Positions 11,561 through 23,663 are shown, numbered from the stretch's first letter. The stretch is DNA of 64,000 nucleotides from Heteronotia binoei (GCF_032191835.1 NC_083240.1:43834001-43898000); one strand, 5' to 3'. Notes: generated by a model not told the origin, from the sequence alone. Translations and numbers: made by a program.

Positions 11561-11591
11561 CTTTTGGAGATTGAACATTTAAATGTAAAAA
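11472..11591. repeat. 120-bp palindrome: 32-bp inverted arms around (TA)28
   Basis: tttttacatttaaatgttcaatctcaaaaagc (11472-11503) vs gcttttggagattgaacatttaaatgtaaaaa (11560-11591), 31/32 complementary; TA run 11504-11559. Confidence 0.95.
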
Positions 11592-11755
11592 AATGTCTTT
11601 AGAAATATTGTAGCTTTCTTATGCTTGCGTAGGAGGACTCACTCTGTTTGTAGCAGGGTCGCCAACTCTGAGGGGGGAAATTCCTGGAGACTTAGCGGCA
11701 GAAGTGTGGGTCCCAACTTTGGGTTTGGAAATACTTGGGAGATTTGAAGGTGAAC

Positions 11756-12110
11756 AACATATGAAGCTGCCTTATACTGAATCAGACCCTGGGTCCATCA
11801 AAGTCAGTATTGTCTACTCAGACTGGCAGTGGCTCTCCAGGGTCTCAAGCTGAGGTTTTTCACACCTATTTGCCTGGGCCCTTTTTTAGTGAAGATGCCA
11901 GGGATTGAACCTGGGACCTCCTGCTTCCCAAGCAGATGCTCTGCCACTGAGCCACCGTCCCTCCCCTGACTGGCAGCGGCTCTCCAGGGTCTCAAGCTGA
12001 GGTTTTTCACACCTATTTGCCTGGACCCTTTTTGGAGATGCCAGGGGTTGAACCTGGGACCTTCTGCTTCCCAAGCAGATGCTCTACCACTGAGCCACCG
12101 TCCCTCCCCT
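11756..12110 (-). mobile_element. tRNA-headed SINE with tandemly duplicated 5' ~145 bp (two heads)
   Basis: Units 11821-11967 and 11968-12110; minus strand GGTGGCTCAGTGG (A box) and GGTTCAA-CC (B box) in each. Confidence 0.85.
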
Positions 12111-12389
12111 GAAGCCTGGGATAGTGGGGCTTAGGAAGGGTAAGGCCCTCGGGTGGGGTATAATGCCAAAGGAGCAACAAAGAATATATATCACCTGGAG
12201 AGAGTTATGACTCCAGGGCATCTCCAGGCCTCACCTGCAAGTTGGCAACCTGAAGTGCTCAGAGAGAAAAACCCAGGCGACTGATTGGGGGGGGGGGGCG
12301 TGCCCAAGGAGGATTGGGGCTTCTGAAGGGGTTTTGTTTGTGTTTTTTGGAGGGTGATTTGAGTCAAAAGTGCCTCAGCATGGAGCTAC

Positions 12390-13330
12390 TTTTCGAGGCG
12401 GAAGGAGCCAGCCTGGGTGACGCACAGAGGCCGCCCCGCGTTCTCTCCGAGGGCTATTTATGACACCTGCTCGGGGCGCGAGGCGAGGATGGGGCCGCCC
12501 GTGGACTTCTGGGCGGGGCTTCTCTGATACAGCAACCTTTTCCTCCGTGCGCGCGCAACATGCGCGGAAAGAAGCCGAATGCCGGGACTTTTTCTCCGTC
12601 CCCACCTCCGCCGAAGTTTCTGAGGGAAGCCCCATAGACTGTGAAGAGCGCGGAGGGAGAACAGAAATCACTGAGGGTGAAACGATTCGACAGAAAGGGG
12701 CGGAACCTTTCCCCCCCAAAAAAGCGCGGAAGGCGGGGCTTGCGAAGAGGAGCGGGCGGGGAGGGAACGGCTCGTCTTTTGAACAGGCGAGGAAGGGGGC
12801 GGTGCTTTAGGACGGGAAATTGGAGGCGGAGTTTAGGAGGGGGCGGGGCCGAGTGAGCGGTTGGGGAAGAAGGAGGAGGAGGAGGGGCTGGCCGCGGCCT
12901 GCTTCTCGCGAGAAGAAGGCGGAGCCAAAACTGGACGAGGAGGCCCGTGGCTGGACCTGCTCCCTTGGAAGAGAGAGAGAGGGAGGAGGGGGGGCTGGGG
13001 AGGGGAAGCGAGAGGGGCCAAAAAGCAGCCGTCGCGGCCTCTTGCGGTGTGGAGCTCTGAGCAGGAGGAAGGCCAGAGGTGGGGGCCTGGGAAGGGGGAG
13101 GGGGAGAGAGGCAGGCAGGTTAAATTTAAATGGAGGTGGAGCCTCTTCGGGAGGAGGGGGCCGGCTCCCCTTCTCTTTTGACCCCCTCTTGTCCTTCGCC
13201 CGGAGGCTTCCTGGCCAGACGCCCCTCCAGCTGGAGTCTTCATGAGGCAGGCCAGTCGGATAAGGGGGGAGGTCAAGCTGCAAGCAAATAGGCCTGGCCC
13301 GGGGCGGGGGGGGGTTGAGGAAGTTTGCAG
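12390..13330 (+). promoter_or_regulatory. GGNBP2: CpG-island promoter of GGNBP2
   Basis: Very GC/CpG-rich; several GC boxes (gggcgggg ~12511, 12841), CGGAA ETS-like cores, TCTCGCGAGA palindrome at 12904-12913; 2.4 kb upstream of the first coding exon. Confidence 0.85.
12850..13078 (+). other. GGNBP2: Probable non-coding exon 1 of GGNBP2 (boundaries tentative)
   Basis: Purine-rich GGA-repeat leader inside the CpG island ending at a plausible donor ccagag|GTgggg (13079). TSS is not determinable. Confidence 0.4.
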
Positions 13331-13497
13331 CTGGGCCTCAGTCTCTTTCTCGAGTGAAACCTCCAAAGGCTGCTGGGGCTGTAGTGCAATACATTTTTGG
13401 TAGGCTGCGCCTAGGTCCTGTTGAATTCTGGGAGGCGTCCTTTTGAATAAATTTAGGGGTGGGGTTGGTGGGAGAGGGAAGAACAGGACGTATGAAG

Positions 13498-13711
13498 AAC
13501 ATATGAAGCTGCCTTCTACTGAATCAGACCCTCTTCGGTCCGTCAAAGTCAGTATTGTCTACTCAGACTGGCAGCGGCTCTGCAGGGTCTCAAGCTGAGG
13601 TTTTTCACACCTACTTTCCTGGATCCTTTTTAGTTGGAGATGCTGGGGATTGAACCTGGGACCTTCTGTTTACCAAGCAGATGCTCTACCACTGAGCCAC
13701 CGTCCCTTCCC
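13498..13711 (-). mobile_element. tRNA-headed SINE (same family as 11756); further copies ~38105-38304 and ~56285-56465
   Basis: Near-identical to the 11756 element; intact GGTGGCTCAGTGG and GGTTCAATCC boxes on minus strand. Confidence 0.85.
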
Positions 13712-14679
13712 AAAAATAAGGCACGGGGTGGGGGGGAATGGCCCTCCCCCAAATAGCATGGACCAGTTCTTGGGAGGGGGAGAAACATGGGTGGGTGGCA
13801 GCTTTACAGCTTCTTTGACAGAACTTAGTTTTATTGGGAAAGAGAGTATCTGTGGGTGGTTCTTGATTTCTCGTGACTGTCTACTGCACCATGCAGTTGC
13901 AAATCATTGTTTAAAAACAGCAAACAAAATCCTCCCTCTTATTTGCCTTTGATCAAAGGACAACCTGGAGACTGCTGCCCCTTGGAATGCTGCAATATCT
14001 ACAGGAGTAGATATTTTCAAGCTTACAGTGAGAAGAATTATTGCAATGAGCGTGATTTTGTAAAGATGCCCAAGGGTGGAACGGCCAGGCATACACGCAG
14101 CATACACCCGAGGTGTCCTCCCCCCCCCCATAGTGGCCCAAAGGTTTCTGTGCGCATTATGTGCTGATGCATGGGAGACAGCTTCAGTAGGTGTGCTCAA
14201 AATGCAACCTGCATCCAGTCTTGTCTCGAGGAGCAACCATAAATAAATTATGTCTGTGGAATACACATACTACATTTTGAGATGTGTGTATGTGGGAAAG
14301 AGCCATGAGTGTGGCTAATCCATACAAAAAGAAACTCCCCCCCCCCCCCATTGGCTTAGTGCTAAGATAGATCTCTGTCACCTGCTCTAGCTTGAGAGAA
14401 GACTTGTAACAAATTTCTTGGGCATGAAGATCTACTTTTTAGTGTGTGTTCAGTTTTAGAGGTGGTGTGGCTTTTGCAGGCCTAAATATTGGAGGTTTTC
14501 AGGCTGTGATTAATTGGAGGTTTAAATATCTATTGGAGCTGCTCAATTGCATATCCCCTTCTCTTGCTAAGGGACAGGCTCCTGCTCTGAATAGGACTGG
14601 GGGCTCTGAGGAAGATATTAAAAATGTACAGGGAAAACATCCTTCCCACATCTGTGCCTTGCAAAGTTTAAATCAGAGT

Positions 14680-14830
14680 GGGTAGCTGTGTTACTCTGAA
14701 TCAGTAGAACAACGCTTGAGTCCAGTGGCACCTTTAAGACCAACAAAGTTGAATTCTGGGTATAAGCTTACGCCCCAAATTAAACTTTGTTGGTTTTTAA
14801 AGGTGCCAGTGGACTCAAACTTTGTTCTGT
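14680..14830. mobile_element. Penelope-like inverted termini forming a ~105-bp hairpin
   Basis: gagtccagtggcacctttaagaccaacaaagttgaatt ... aattaaactttgttggtttttaaaggtgccagtggactc. Confidence 0.6.
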
Positions 14831-15657
14831 TGTGAAGCTTAAGGGGTTCACCAGTTAAGTTCCTCTCTCCCATTGAATGCAGTGTTGCTGTTCCACTGGC
14901 AGTTTTGGTTACACATGAATTCTGTTTCTCTTGAGGATGCACTCTCTTATTAGTACCAGTTACTATTACAGAGGGATGGAGGTGGAATCTGCCAGTTGGA
15001 AAGGATGTTAAAAGTTTTGTATGGTTGTTTCCCCAGCAGCTAGTGCTGCATTCCCAAGTGAGGAGTTTTCTGGGCCTACAATGTCCGCCCCACGGTTGTT
15101 GCGGTATTGGGATGTTCTGGGAGGAAAAAATCCCTTGGGTTTTGCTGTACTGGGATGTTGGTAAAAGGAAGTTAAATTGTTAAAGCAGTGGGTAGTTGCC
15201 TTTGAAGTTAGCCTTTGGAATGCTGTCCCCAAGGGGGGGTATTTTCCAGTCCCTGCTTGCTTTCTTATGCAAATAATTCCTTTCTGGTTTCCTTTGGTCC
15301 CAGCAGCATCTGTTGCATCCAGATGTATCTGAAGCCATACAATCTCAATTCTCTCTTTTAATGGTGGAAGAAAATGTACTTGCCTTTCTAATTGGGCAGC
15401 TCCAGAAATGGCTCAGTGTTTTTTCCCCTCTACCTTCCAAGTGCTTGTGCAGCTGCTTCTCCTCCAGAGTGTGGAGGCACCAGAGGATTCCTTGCCTCCT
15501 GCTCTGTGTCGAATCGTCAGTGCAGCAAAGCAGACGCCTTCCCTCTTCTGGTGAAAGTGCATTCTGGAACTGCAGCATGTATTTACTTGCCCTGGGGTTT
15601 GGCTGTTTTCAGGCTGAAAGCTGGGAGGAAGAAGCGAGTGGAGTGGCGGCAGCAGAG

Positions 15658-15750
15658 ATGGCGCGGCTGGTGGCAGTTTGCAGAGACGGCGAAGAAGAAT
15701 TCCTCTTTGAGAAGCGGCAGATTCCCCTTTACATCGATGACACCCTGACG
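15658..15750 (+). CDS. GGNBP2: GGNBP2 exon 2 coding part (exon likely starts 15613): MARLVAVCRDGEEEFLFEKRQIPLYIDDTLT
   Basis: Matches the GGNBP2 N-terminus; acceptor ttttcAG 15611-15612; donor acg|GTgagc. Confidence 0.96.
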
Positions 15751-16747
15751 GTGAGCGGCTGCTTTGCAAGTTTAACTCTGTGCTCGGTGCACCGTGCGCA
15801 TGCAGCGCATGGAAGACCGTGTGTTGCAATTCTGAAGCGAGGGCCCCCGCCGCCTTTAGAAAAGCCTCGGGCCCCGCCTTGGACTTCTCCCAGTTGCAAT
15901 AATTGGTGAGCTTTGGTACACAATGTTGCATTATGCGCACATAATGCGCTTGCTTCTTTACCTCGTCTCTTCTCAGAGCAACGACAAAAAAGAAAAAGAA
16001 AAAAAAAGAGGCCTAATCGGGAGATAGTAGCCATTTTGGAACCTGTGTTTCTGTAAGGAGGACTAGGCGTTTTGTGCTCTTCCCATGCGTGCAAAGCAAA
16101 GATTTCTGTTTTCAGTGGCTGTGTTGTTTCTTTCTGTTGGCTGCCTTATGTCCCAAGTTGACACACAAACTCTCAGGATTTGGTTTGCCACTCCTGTACA
16201 CTTGCTGACATTCTGGGTAGCTGTGTGGGGTCTAGAGTTCTGACCGGGATCAGGGGGCAAAGACGATTTTTTAAGAGAGGTTTTTAAGCCTTTTGAAACT
16301 TTTTTTGCACCGTTTATGCTGCATGCATTCTTCAGTGTGCAATAGATTGGTGCCCTGATCACTTTACTTAATGCGTGTTTCAGTAAAGAAGAGGGGTTTA
16401 AGGGTTACCTGGAAGCTTCCACTCCATAAGGAAGTTTAGTTCTGGTTTTCTGACCTTCAGGCAACAGCACAGTACCCAGGTTCAGAAACCTGGCTTGTTC
16501 TTCATGATTTCCCTTCTCCTCCTTTAGCATATCTCTCCTCTGCACCCCCCACCCCACCCCCAACGTGCACCCTGCTTGTACTACTTCAGTTGCGGCAGCC
16601 AGAACTGCACACAGAATTACCAGTCGTTCTGTGTTTGCTCACCTCTATCCATGCAGCTTTGGGTTTCCTTCATGACTGGATCTCGTTTGGTGCCCTGGGA
16701 CTGTTTCCTCTGAGCTCTGGTTGGAGGTAAGACGATTGGGTCAGGCT

Positions 16748-16929
16748 CAGGGCTTTTTTTGGTAGCAGGAACTCCTTTGCATTTTAGGCCACACGCTCCT
16801 GATGCAGCCAATCCTCCAAGAGCTTACAGGGCTCTTAGTACAAGGCCTACTGTAAGCTCTTGGAGGATTGGCTACGTCAGGGGTGCGTGGCCTAATATAC
16901 AAAGGAGTTCCTGCTACAAAAAAAGCCCG
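16748..16929. mobile_element. Palindromic hAT-type MITE
   Basis: Whole element self-complementary (cagggc-tttt-tagcaggaactcctttgc ... aaaggagttcctgcta-aaaa-gccc); TSD gtcaggct/gtcaagct. Confidence 0.85.
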
Positions 16930-18640
16930 GTCAAGCTAATGGAAGAAGGGGCTGGTGAACTGGGTGGGGCCCTCTTGCTGGGCTGGCTGGGAGTGGAGTG
17001 GGGTGCTTGGGCTCAGCCTTTCCTGGTCTTGCCCTCACATTGCTTTTGGTGCGTGGGAAAGGCAGTTTGTGATACAGAGCTTCAGTGGAGGCTTAAGGGC
17101 ACAGGCTTCTCTCTTCTCCTGAGCTGACTTGCATTCTGGGACATGTTGGTGCTATTGAGAATCCTTTCAGATCCTGCTGTAGAAAGAGTTGTTTGTTCAA
17201 GACTGTGGATGTCTCAGTCTTACACAAGGGCTTTTCTTTCAGGTATTTATCCACGTTTATCCTGCCATTCTTGTTAAGGGGCTAAAGGTGGCATGCATGT
17301 TTTTTCTCTTATTCCCACCCCCTGCTGTTATTCTCTCTAACAATCCTGTGAAAGAGGTTAGAAAGATTATCAGGGAGTGACTGGCCCAGCATCACCCAGT
17401 GGGCACCATGGCTGAGTCAGGACTTGAACCTTTGTATTGTTATCCTTTGCTCTTTTATCCTCACAACAACCCTGTGAGGTAGTTTAGGCTGGGAACATGT
17501 GACGGGCCCAAGGTCACCCAGCGAGTTTCCAGGGCAGAGTGGGGATTTGAACCTGGATATCCCAGATTGAAGTCTGACGCTGTAACTATTACACCATGCT
17601 GGATGTCTACTGGGATCATGAAGCCTTTATTTAAAAAGATACACCTTATGGAGTGCTTGTCTTGGCAGGCTGAACAAATAATTTTGTAGTCTCTGAATTT
17701 TGCCCTGTATTAAAAACAGTAATCCAAAAGAACTGTGCACCGATACTGTACATAAAATCCAGAATATTATTACAAATTAATGTACACTATAAGTCTGTAC
17801 GTTCAAAAAGACTGCACCATTCAGATAATTATACAAATAGTCTTTTTCAAAGGACAGCAGGAAGGAGCGATCCACTTCAGAGGACTGTGTCCCAGTTGAA
17901 ATCATAACAGAGTGTCCTCCTGGAACAAAATCTAATCAGATCTGTTCTTTGAGAAAGCATTTGGGACACGTGTTTGGAATAAGCTAGCATTCACATCTGA
18001 GAAAGAAAGATCTGTATGGTGATTTTTTTTTTTTGTTTTGCAGATTAAAATTGAACATATTGAACACTGAGGTAGTAGTAACAGCATGACTTGGAAATGC
18101 TACACTCCTTCCTTATATCCTTTGAGGAAGACAATTTGTATAATTTTCTGTGTTGTACAGTCCTTTTGAACAAACAGAATTGGAGTGTACATTAATTTGT
18201 CTGTAATATAATATTTTGGATTCTATGTACAGTATTGGTGCACAGTTCTTTTGAATTACTGTTCTTGTTACTGCGTAGCTCACCTTTGTGTTGCTGTGTT
18301 AAAAACACAGCAGAAATGTGGGAGTTGTTTTTACCCCGTTAACTATTGCAACTGCTGGATTTGGAGACCCTGTGGTCAACTGTGATACTGAGCCCTTCTC
18401 AGGCGTATTCGATTTCAACCATAATTTTTCCCTTTGTCTGTATTTTGTGCAGCTTAAAGGGGTACTCCATCAGCCAAATATCCTGACTTCCTGTGGGATG
18501 CAGAGCAGCTGCATATGGGTACACTGTCCCAGTTATAGTCTAGTACGGTGTGGTTTCTGGATTTAAACTTTCTGTTGTGCTCTCGGACCACAGGACTGTT
18601 TTATTCAGGATGTGGTTCTTATAGGGAACTTCAAAAAAAA

Positions 18641-18918
18641 GATGATGATGATATTGGATTTATATCCTGCCCTCCACTCCGAAGAGTCTCAGAGCGGCTC
18701 ACAATCTCCTTTACCTTCCTCCCCCCACAACAGACACCCTGTGAGGTGGGTGGGGCTGGAGAGGGCTCTCACAGCAGCTGCCCTTTCAAGTACAACCTCT
18801 GCCAGAGCTATGGCTGACCCAAGGACATTCCAGCAGGTGGAAGTGGAGGAGTGGGGAATCAAACCTGGTTCTCCCAGATGAGTCCGCACACTTAACCACT
18901 ACACCAAACAGGCTCTCC
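18641..18918 (-). mobile_element. Squam3-like SINE, full length
   Basis: tRNA head, body and (GAT)n tail; near-identical to 22046 copy. Confidence 0.9.
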
Positions 18919-19006
18919 AGAGCCAGAAGAGCCCTGCTAGATCAGGCCTGTGGTCCATCTAGTCCAGCCTCTTGTCTCACACAGTCACCAGCCAGTTCCT
19001 CTGGAG

Positions 19007-19535
19007 CAGGGGTGTCAAACTTATTTGTTATGAGGGCCGAATCTCACATAAATGAGACCTTGTCAGGCCGAGCCATGTGTGTCATAAAACGTAATGCCAG
19101 GTGGCAGAGATATAAACTTTATAAATGACACAAATGCAAAGATTTTTTAAAAGCTTAAAATAAAACATGCTTAAAATATTAGCACTCGTTGGTCTTAAAG
19201 ATGCTTTCTTTGTATTTCTCCCATGGGATCAAGGGAACTGGGCTCTTTCCTTCCTTCTCAGGAGGGGGAGGAGCCTCAGCCAATAGAAGGGAGACTTGGC
19301 TCAGTAGCTCTGCTGTGCGATGGAAAGAGCCTGGCAAAACAAGCACTTCCCAAGGGAGGAGCCTCAGCCAATGGAAAAAATAGAGGCTTCGCTCTGTAAC
19401 TCTTGTGTGATTGAGCAAACCTGGCAAAGCAAGCTGTGATGCAGAAAGAAGCAAGAGAGAGGAAGAAGGAAGCAAATGACAGCCGGTTTCTCGGGGGCCT
19501 GATTTGGCCCCTGGGCCTCATGTTTAACACTCTTG
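19007..19535. mobile_element. hAT MITE inserted into an old CR1 3' fragment
   Basis: TIR caggggtgtcaaac / gtttaacactcttg; perfect 8-bp TSD CTCTGGAG (18999-19006, 19536-19543); CR1-like text continues on both sides. Confidence 0.88.
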
Positions 19536-21039
19536 CTCTGGAGGGCCAGCATCAGGGCAGAGAGGCTGAGGCCTTCCTTTATTGTTGCCTCCTGACTTTG
19601 GGATTCAGAAGCCTTTGAGTGGAGAGGTTCCCCTCAGTCACTTCTCAGAAGTGCCTTTTCCCTTGTCTTATAGCACTGCTTAGAGGTGACTTGAGCCTGT
19701 GGCTTTTCCTGCATGGAACATCTTCCCTGCAGCTGAATTTTAAGGCAGTCTTGCAAATCACAATCAAATTTTGCTAACCCACTTTCCTCTGCATTTGGTT
19801 TGTGGCACGCCGGCGGGGCGGGGCAGGAGAACCTGACTTGCCTCATTTACAAAAGCTTCCTCGTCAGGTCTCCTGGAAGCTGTTCACGTTCTGCACAGCC
19901 AACCAACACAGTGCCTGTTACGTGTTGGGAAGGGGAGAGATCAGCATGCCCACCCAGGGGGATATCCTGCCCCCCTTTAGTAGCAGGTTTTGTTTTTCCG
20001 TTACCCCTTCTGTTAAGTCATTGAGCCCATTTCTCAGACACAGCCGTCGGGCTGGAGGAGGGTTGCCTAGGGAGGGTTCAAAACTGGCTTCTCACTGCCT
20101 TTGGAAGGAAGCTGCCTTGTTGGAGGCACTGAAGTGTGACAGAGGTCGTGGGGCCAGTTAAGACTCCCTTTTGTATGATGGGCTCTGCATGCGGTGAATT
20201 TTTTTCCCCCAAAGGTGAAACTCAAGAAGGGAAGTTTCTCTGTCTTCTCCAAAAGCGAAGTGAATCTGAATTCTAGTACGGGGTGACGGCATCAAGGAAT
20301 TCAGCAGCCAGGCTGAGCAAGGATGGCACGACACCGCACAACTTTGGGCTGGGGCTGTGCCACAGAGTGTAGGTGGATGGCTGTGTCAAAGGCCAAGTCT
20401 GTCCTCTGATTGCATGATGTGATAACAGTCTCTTAAGGTGCCAGGCCCTTGCCCATCTGTCATGGTGCCACCATCACCACAGAGGCCTTTTGTCTTCTGT
20501 TTCGGTCGCCTAGCAGCAGATGATCCTTGACAAAGAGAAGGGACCGGTGTGTTCGAAGACTTAAGCACATTGGAGGAGTTCTCTCTCATGCTCTCTGGGA
20601 CCCAAGCCACTGTCATCCCTCTAGGTACCTTCTGAAGGAGACACGCCACTCACTGTCCTTGCAAGGAAGATGATTTCGTGGGGAGGGTGCAGTCAACAGG
20701 TGCCTGTTTCTATTCCTAATGGAAGGAGACTTTAGGAGAAAGAAGTCATTGGATGTAGGCTCTGTGTGTAAAGCTACTCTTACCAGCCCTATGGTCTGAC
20801 CATGCAGGTGTGTCTGGATTAAGAAAATATTTTCAGTCATGCAAAAAAAAATGGAGAAAGGAAAGAGAATCCCTTGATTCCCACCGAAAATTGTAATTCT
20901 ACTGGCAATTCACTGTAAAGCCATAGTTGCAAAATGTTTGCTTATGAATACAGATCTGCAGTGTGCTTTTTAGGACCCTTAGTTTGAAATCTAGATGTCC
21001 ACATAAGGCAGTATTAGTTTCTGTTCCCTCTCGCCCTTT

Positions 21040-21150
21040 CTAGCCCCACTTGTGGACCTCCTGATGGCACTTGGGTTTTTTTTTTTGTGGCCACTGTGTG
21101 GACTGGATGGGCCATTGGCCTGATCCAACATGGCTTCTCTTATGTCCTTA
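21040..21150 (+). mobile_element. CR1 3' terminus
   Basis: gtggacctcctgatggcac...ggactggatgggccattggcctgatccaacatggcttctcttatg. Confidence 0.8.
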
Positions 21151-21329
21151 AATGAGTGTTCCCCAAGAAGAAGCAAAGACAGGATGGTTCATGAACAACT
21201 TGTGGTGTTCCCTCCAAAGAACTCAGGCTAACAGTCACACTTCTTCCTCCTCCCCTTTGTTTTGTTCTCAAACCAACCTTGTGAGGTAAGCTGGGCTGAG
21301 AGAGTGATGGGCCCAAGGTTACTGCTGAG

Positions 21330-21524
21330 CAGTGTTCCCTCTAAGCTAAGTTAGTGTGAGCTAGCTCACCATTTTTTAGCCTCTAAGCTCACATATTTTT
21401 GTCTTAGCTCACAAAAAATGGCCCCAGAGCAAATGAATTTACGCAGTAGCTCACAACTTCAATGCTAGTAGTTCACAAAGTGGAATTTCTGCTCACAGCA
21501 CTCCACAGCTTAGAGGGAACACTG
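21330..21524. mobile_element. hAT MITE, TIR CAGTGTTCCCTCTAAGCT; other copies 25763-25882, 33898-34103, ~54320-54496, split copy ~63312-63787
   Basis: TIR pair cagtgttccctctaagct / agcttagagggaacactg; TSD ctgctgag/ctggtgag. Confidence 0.88.
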
Positions 21525-22045
21525 CTGGTGAGCATCACGAGTGAGTGGGGATTTTTGCCTGCCTCTCTCAGCCCTTATCCATTATCACAACAGGTCACAC
21601 CAATGCGGTAAGTGGAACCTTGTTTGAGGCATGCATACAGTAAGAACATCCCTGCTGAATGGCTTTCCTAGCCAGCATGTGTGTTTTGTTTGGTTAAAGT
21701 GACTGATCCCCAAAAAGATCCTGAAATTTGTTAGGATCCTCGATGCAAACCAGTGACTTTTGGGCTGCCTTCTTCTTTGTCAGGGTCACTTCGTGCCCAG
21801 GCAGGAAGCAGGCTTTTCAGAGTAAAAGTGAGCCTGAAGCTGGACTGCATGGGGGCACACCACTCCTCCTTCTGTGGGAACAAGTTCTTTTTTTGCTTCT
21901 TTGTAAAGACATGGGGTATATGCTAGCTGTTTCCTCAGTGAAGCTCCTAAGTTTGCCACGCCAGTCAAGTTACTCTCCCAGTCCTTGTGCGTTTCTTACT
22001 TGAGCAATACATGCAAGGCTGTGTTTCTGTTACTGGGATATTTTA

Positions 22046-22323
22046 AGAAGAAGAAGAAGAAGATATTGGATTTATATCCCGCCCTCCACTCCGAAGAGTC
22101 TCAGAGCGGCTCACAATCTCCGTTACCTTCCTCCCCCACAACAGACACCCTGTGAGGTGGGTGGGGCTGGAGAGGGCTCTCACAGCAGCTGCCCTTTCAA
22201 GGACAACCTCTGCCAGAGCTATGGCAGACCCAAGGCCATGCTAGCAGGTGCAAGTGGAGGAGTGGGGAATCAAACCTGGTTCTCCCAGATAAGAGTCCGC
22301 ACACTTAACCACTACACCAAACT
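22046..22323 (-). mobile_element. Squam3-like SINE, full length
   Basis: (GAA)n tail, body and tRNA head. Confidence 0.9.
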
Positions 22324-23663
22324 TTTAGTTTTGTTGTTCACACTGCAACACTTTGTACTAAAGCATAAAATTCAATACTTCCCCAGATAATACGTTCCTT
22401 TTGTGCGCCTTATATAACTCAGCTGCGTAAGTGTAGTGTGTGCTAGTTGGATGCTACTAATAACATCAACAGTACCACCACCCATGCCATTTTGAGACGT
22501 CTTTTTTTTTTTTTTTTAAGTTCCCACATAGTAGCATTTGATTTCTAGCTTGTAAATCGCTACTTGCCTGGTCACCCTGGCTTATGGCAAATGCCATCTG
22601 GCGAAGAATGCGTTAGGAGCTTGAGAAGGAGGCGCTTTCTTCCTTTTTGAGCTTTTCTGCGTGTCACAAACGGTTAACAGAGGAATGCTACTGAAACCCA
22701 CTGAGGGCTAGTGACTTGTTTGCAAACTGCTTTGGCTACAAGTGGCTAAAAATAACTGCCTTATCTCCCCCCCCCCCCCCCCACTCCTCACTGGAGTGCC
22801 TCACTGCTCTCTCAGATCTTTGAACTCCTAAAATGTTTGTCAAAGCTTGCTGTTTACACTTGGGAAAGGGAGCATAAATCCACTTAGTACTCCAGCAAAG
22901 GGAACTTCCCCTTCCCCCAATTTCTGATGTGTAGGCAGGTCATTGCTGCATGACATCCCAAGGGTACTAAAAATTTAAAACATTGCTTAGGTGTGCTTTG
23001 TGAAGTTTGGACTTCTTAGCTGACCTGTTGGCAAGGCTGTACATTGTACCACAAAACTCTGAATTTCCCCCAGAAACTAATACTTGGAATAAATTGCATG
23101 CATTGGATAAATAGGAAACAATTTTTAAAAAGAAGACGCTTGGCAGTAGGAGTCAGGATTGTCGTTTGGAAAACCTATACGAGACTTTTAAGACATTGTC
23201 TAATAACCAGCCCACTGGATCTCCCCCAGTTTATCCACACACTCCCAGAGTGTGGTTGCGCTTTGTCCACAACCACAAGATCGAGACATTTGTGAGTTTC
23301 TGAACGCCAGCCTTTCTGCTTCGTGCCCAGATCCGCTAACCTTTGCAATGCACAAAGCAGGAGCAGAATAAACTGTCACAAAATGCTCTACCAATTAGAG
23401 TAATTCTGTGGGATTGGCCTGTCTCTGAACCATTTGCCGTGTGCAGCGACAGGAATAGAAGGCATTATACCTTGGAGTGGCTTGTTTAATTAATATACTC
23501 CTAAATTGGTACTTGGAGAGAATCGACTTTCCCCCCTCAAGTCATCAAGCTGTCACTCTTGTGTGACCGCTGCTCTGTAATTTCTGAGCCATAATTAAGC
23601 TGTTGGGTCACTTTCTCTTGCTTGGTACAGGGATACTGTGGCCTGTAGACACCAGAAGTAAAT

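Noticed and set aside
11890-12110. tRNA genes
   Set aside because: SINE heads: A/B boxes present but no intact cloverleaf, and they continue into SINE body.
12375-13546. Overlapping 100-237 aa ORFs in the CpG island
   Set aside because: Low-complexity G/R/P-rich products expected from stop-poor GC-rich DNA.
13907-14167. Cys-containing 86-aa ORF in intron 1
   Set aside because: No recognisable homology or convincing splice context.
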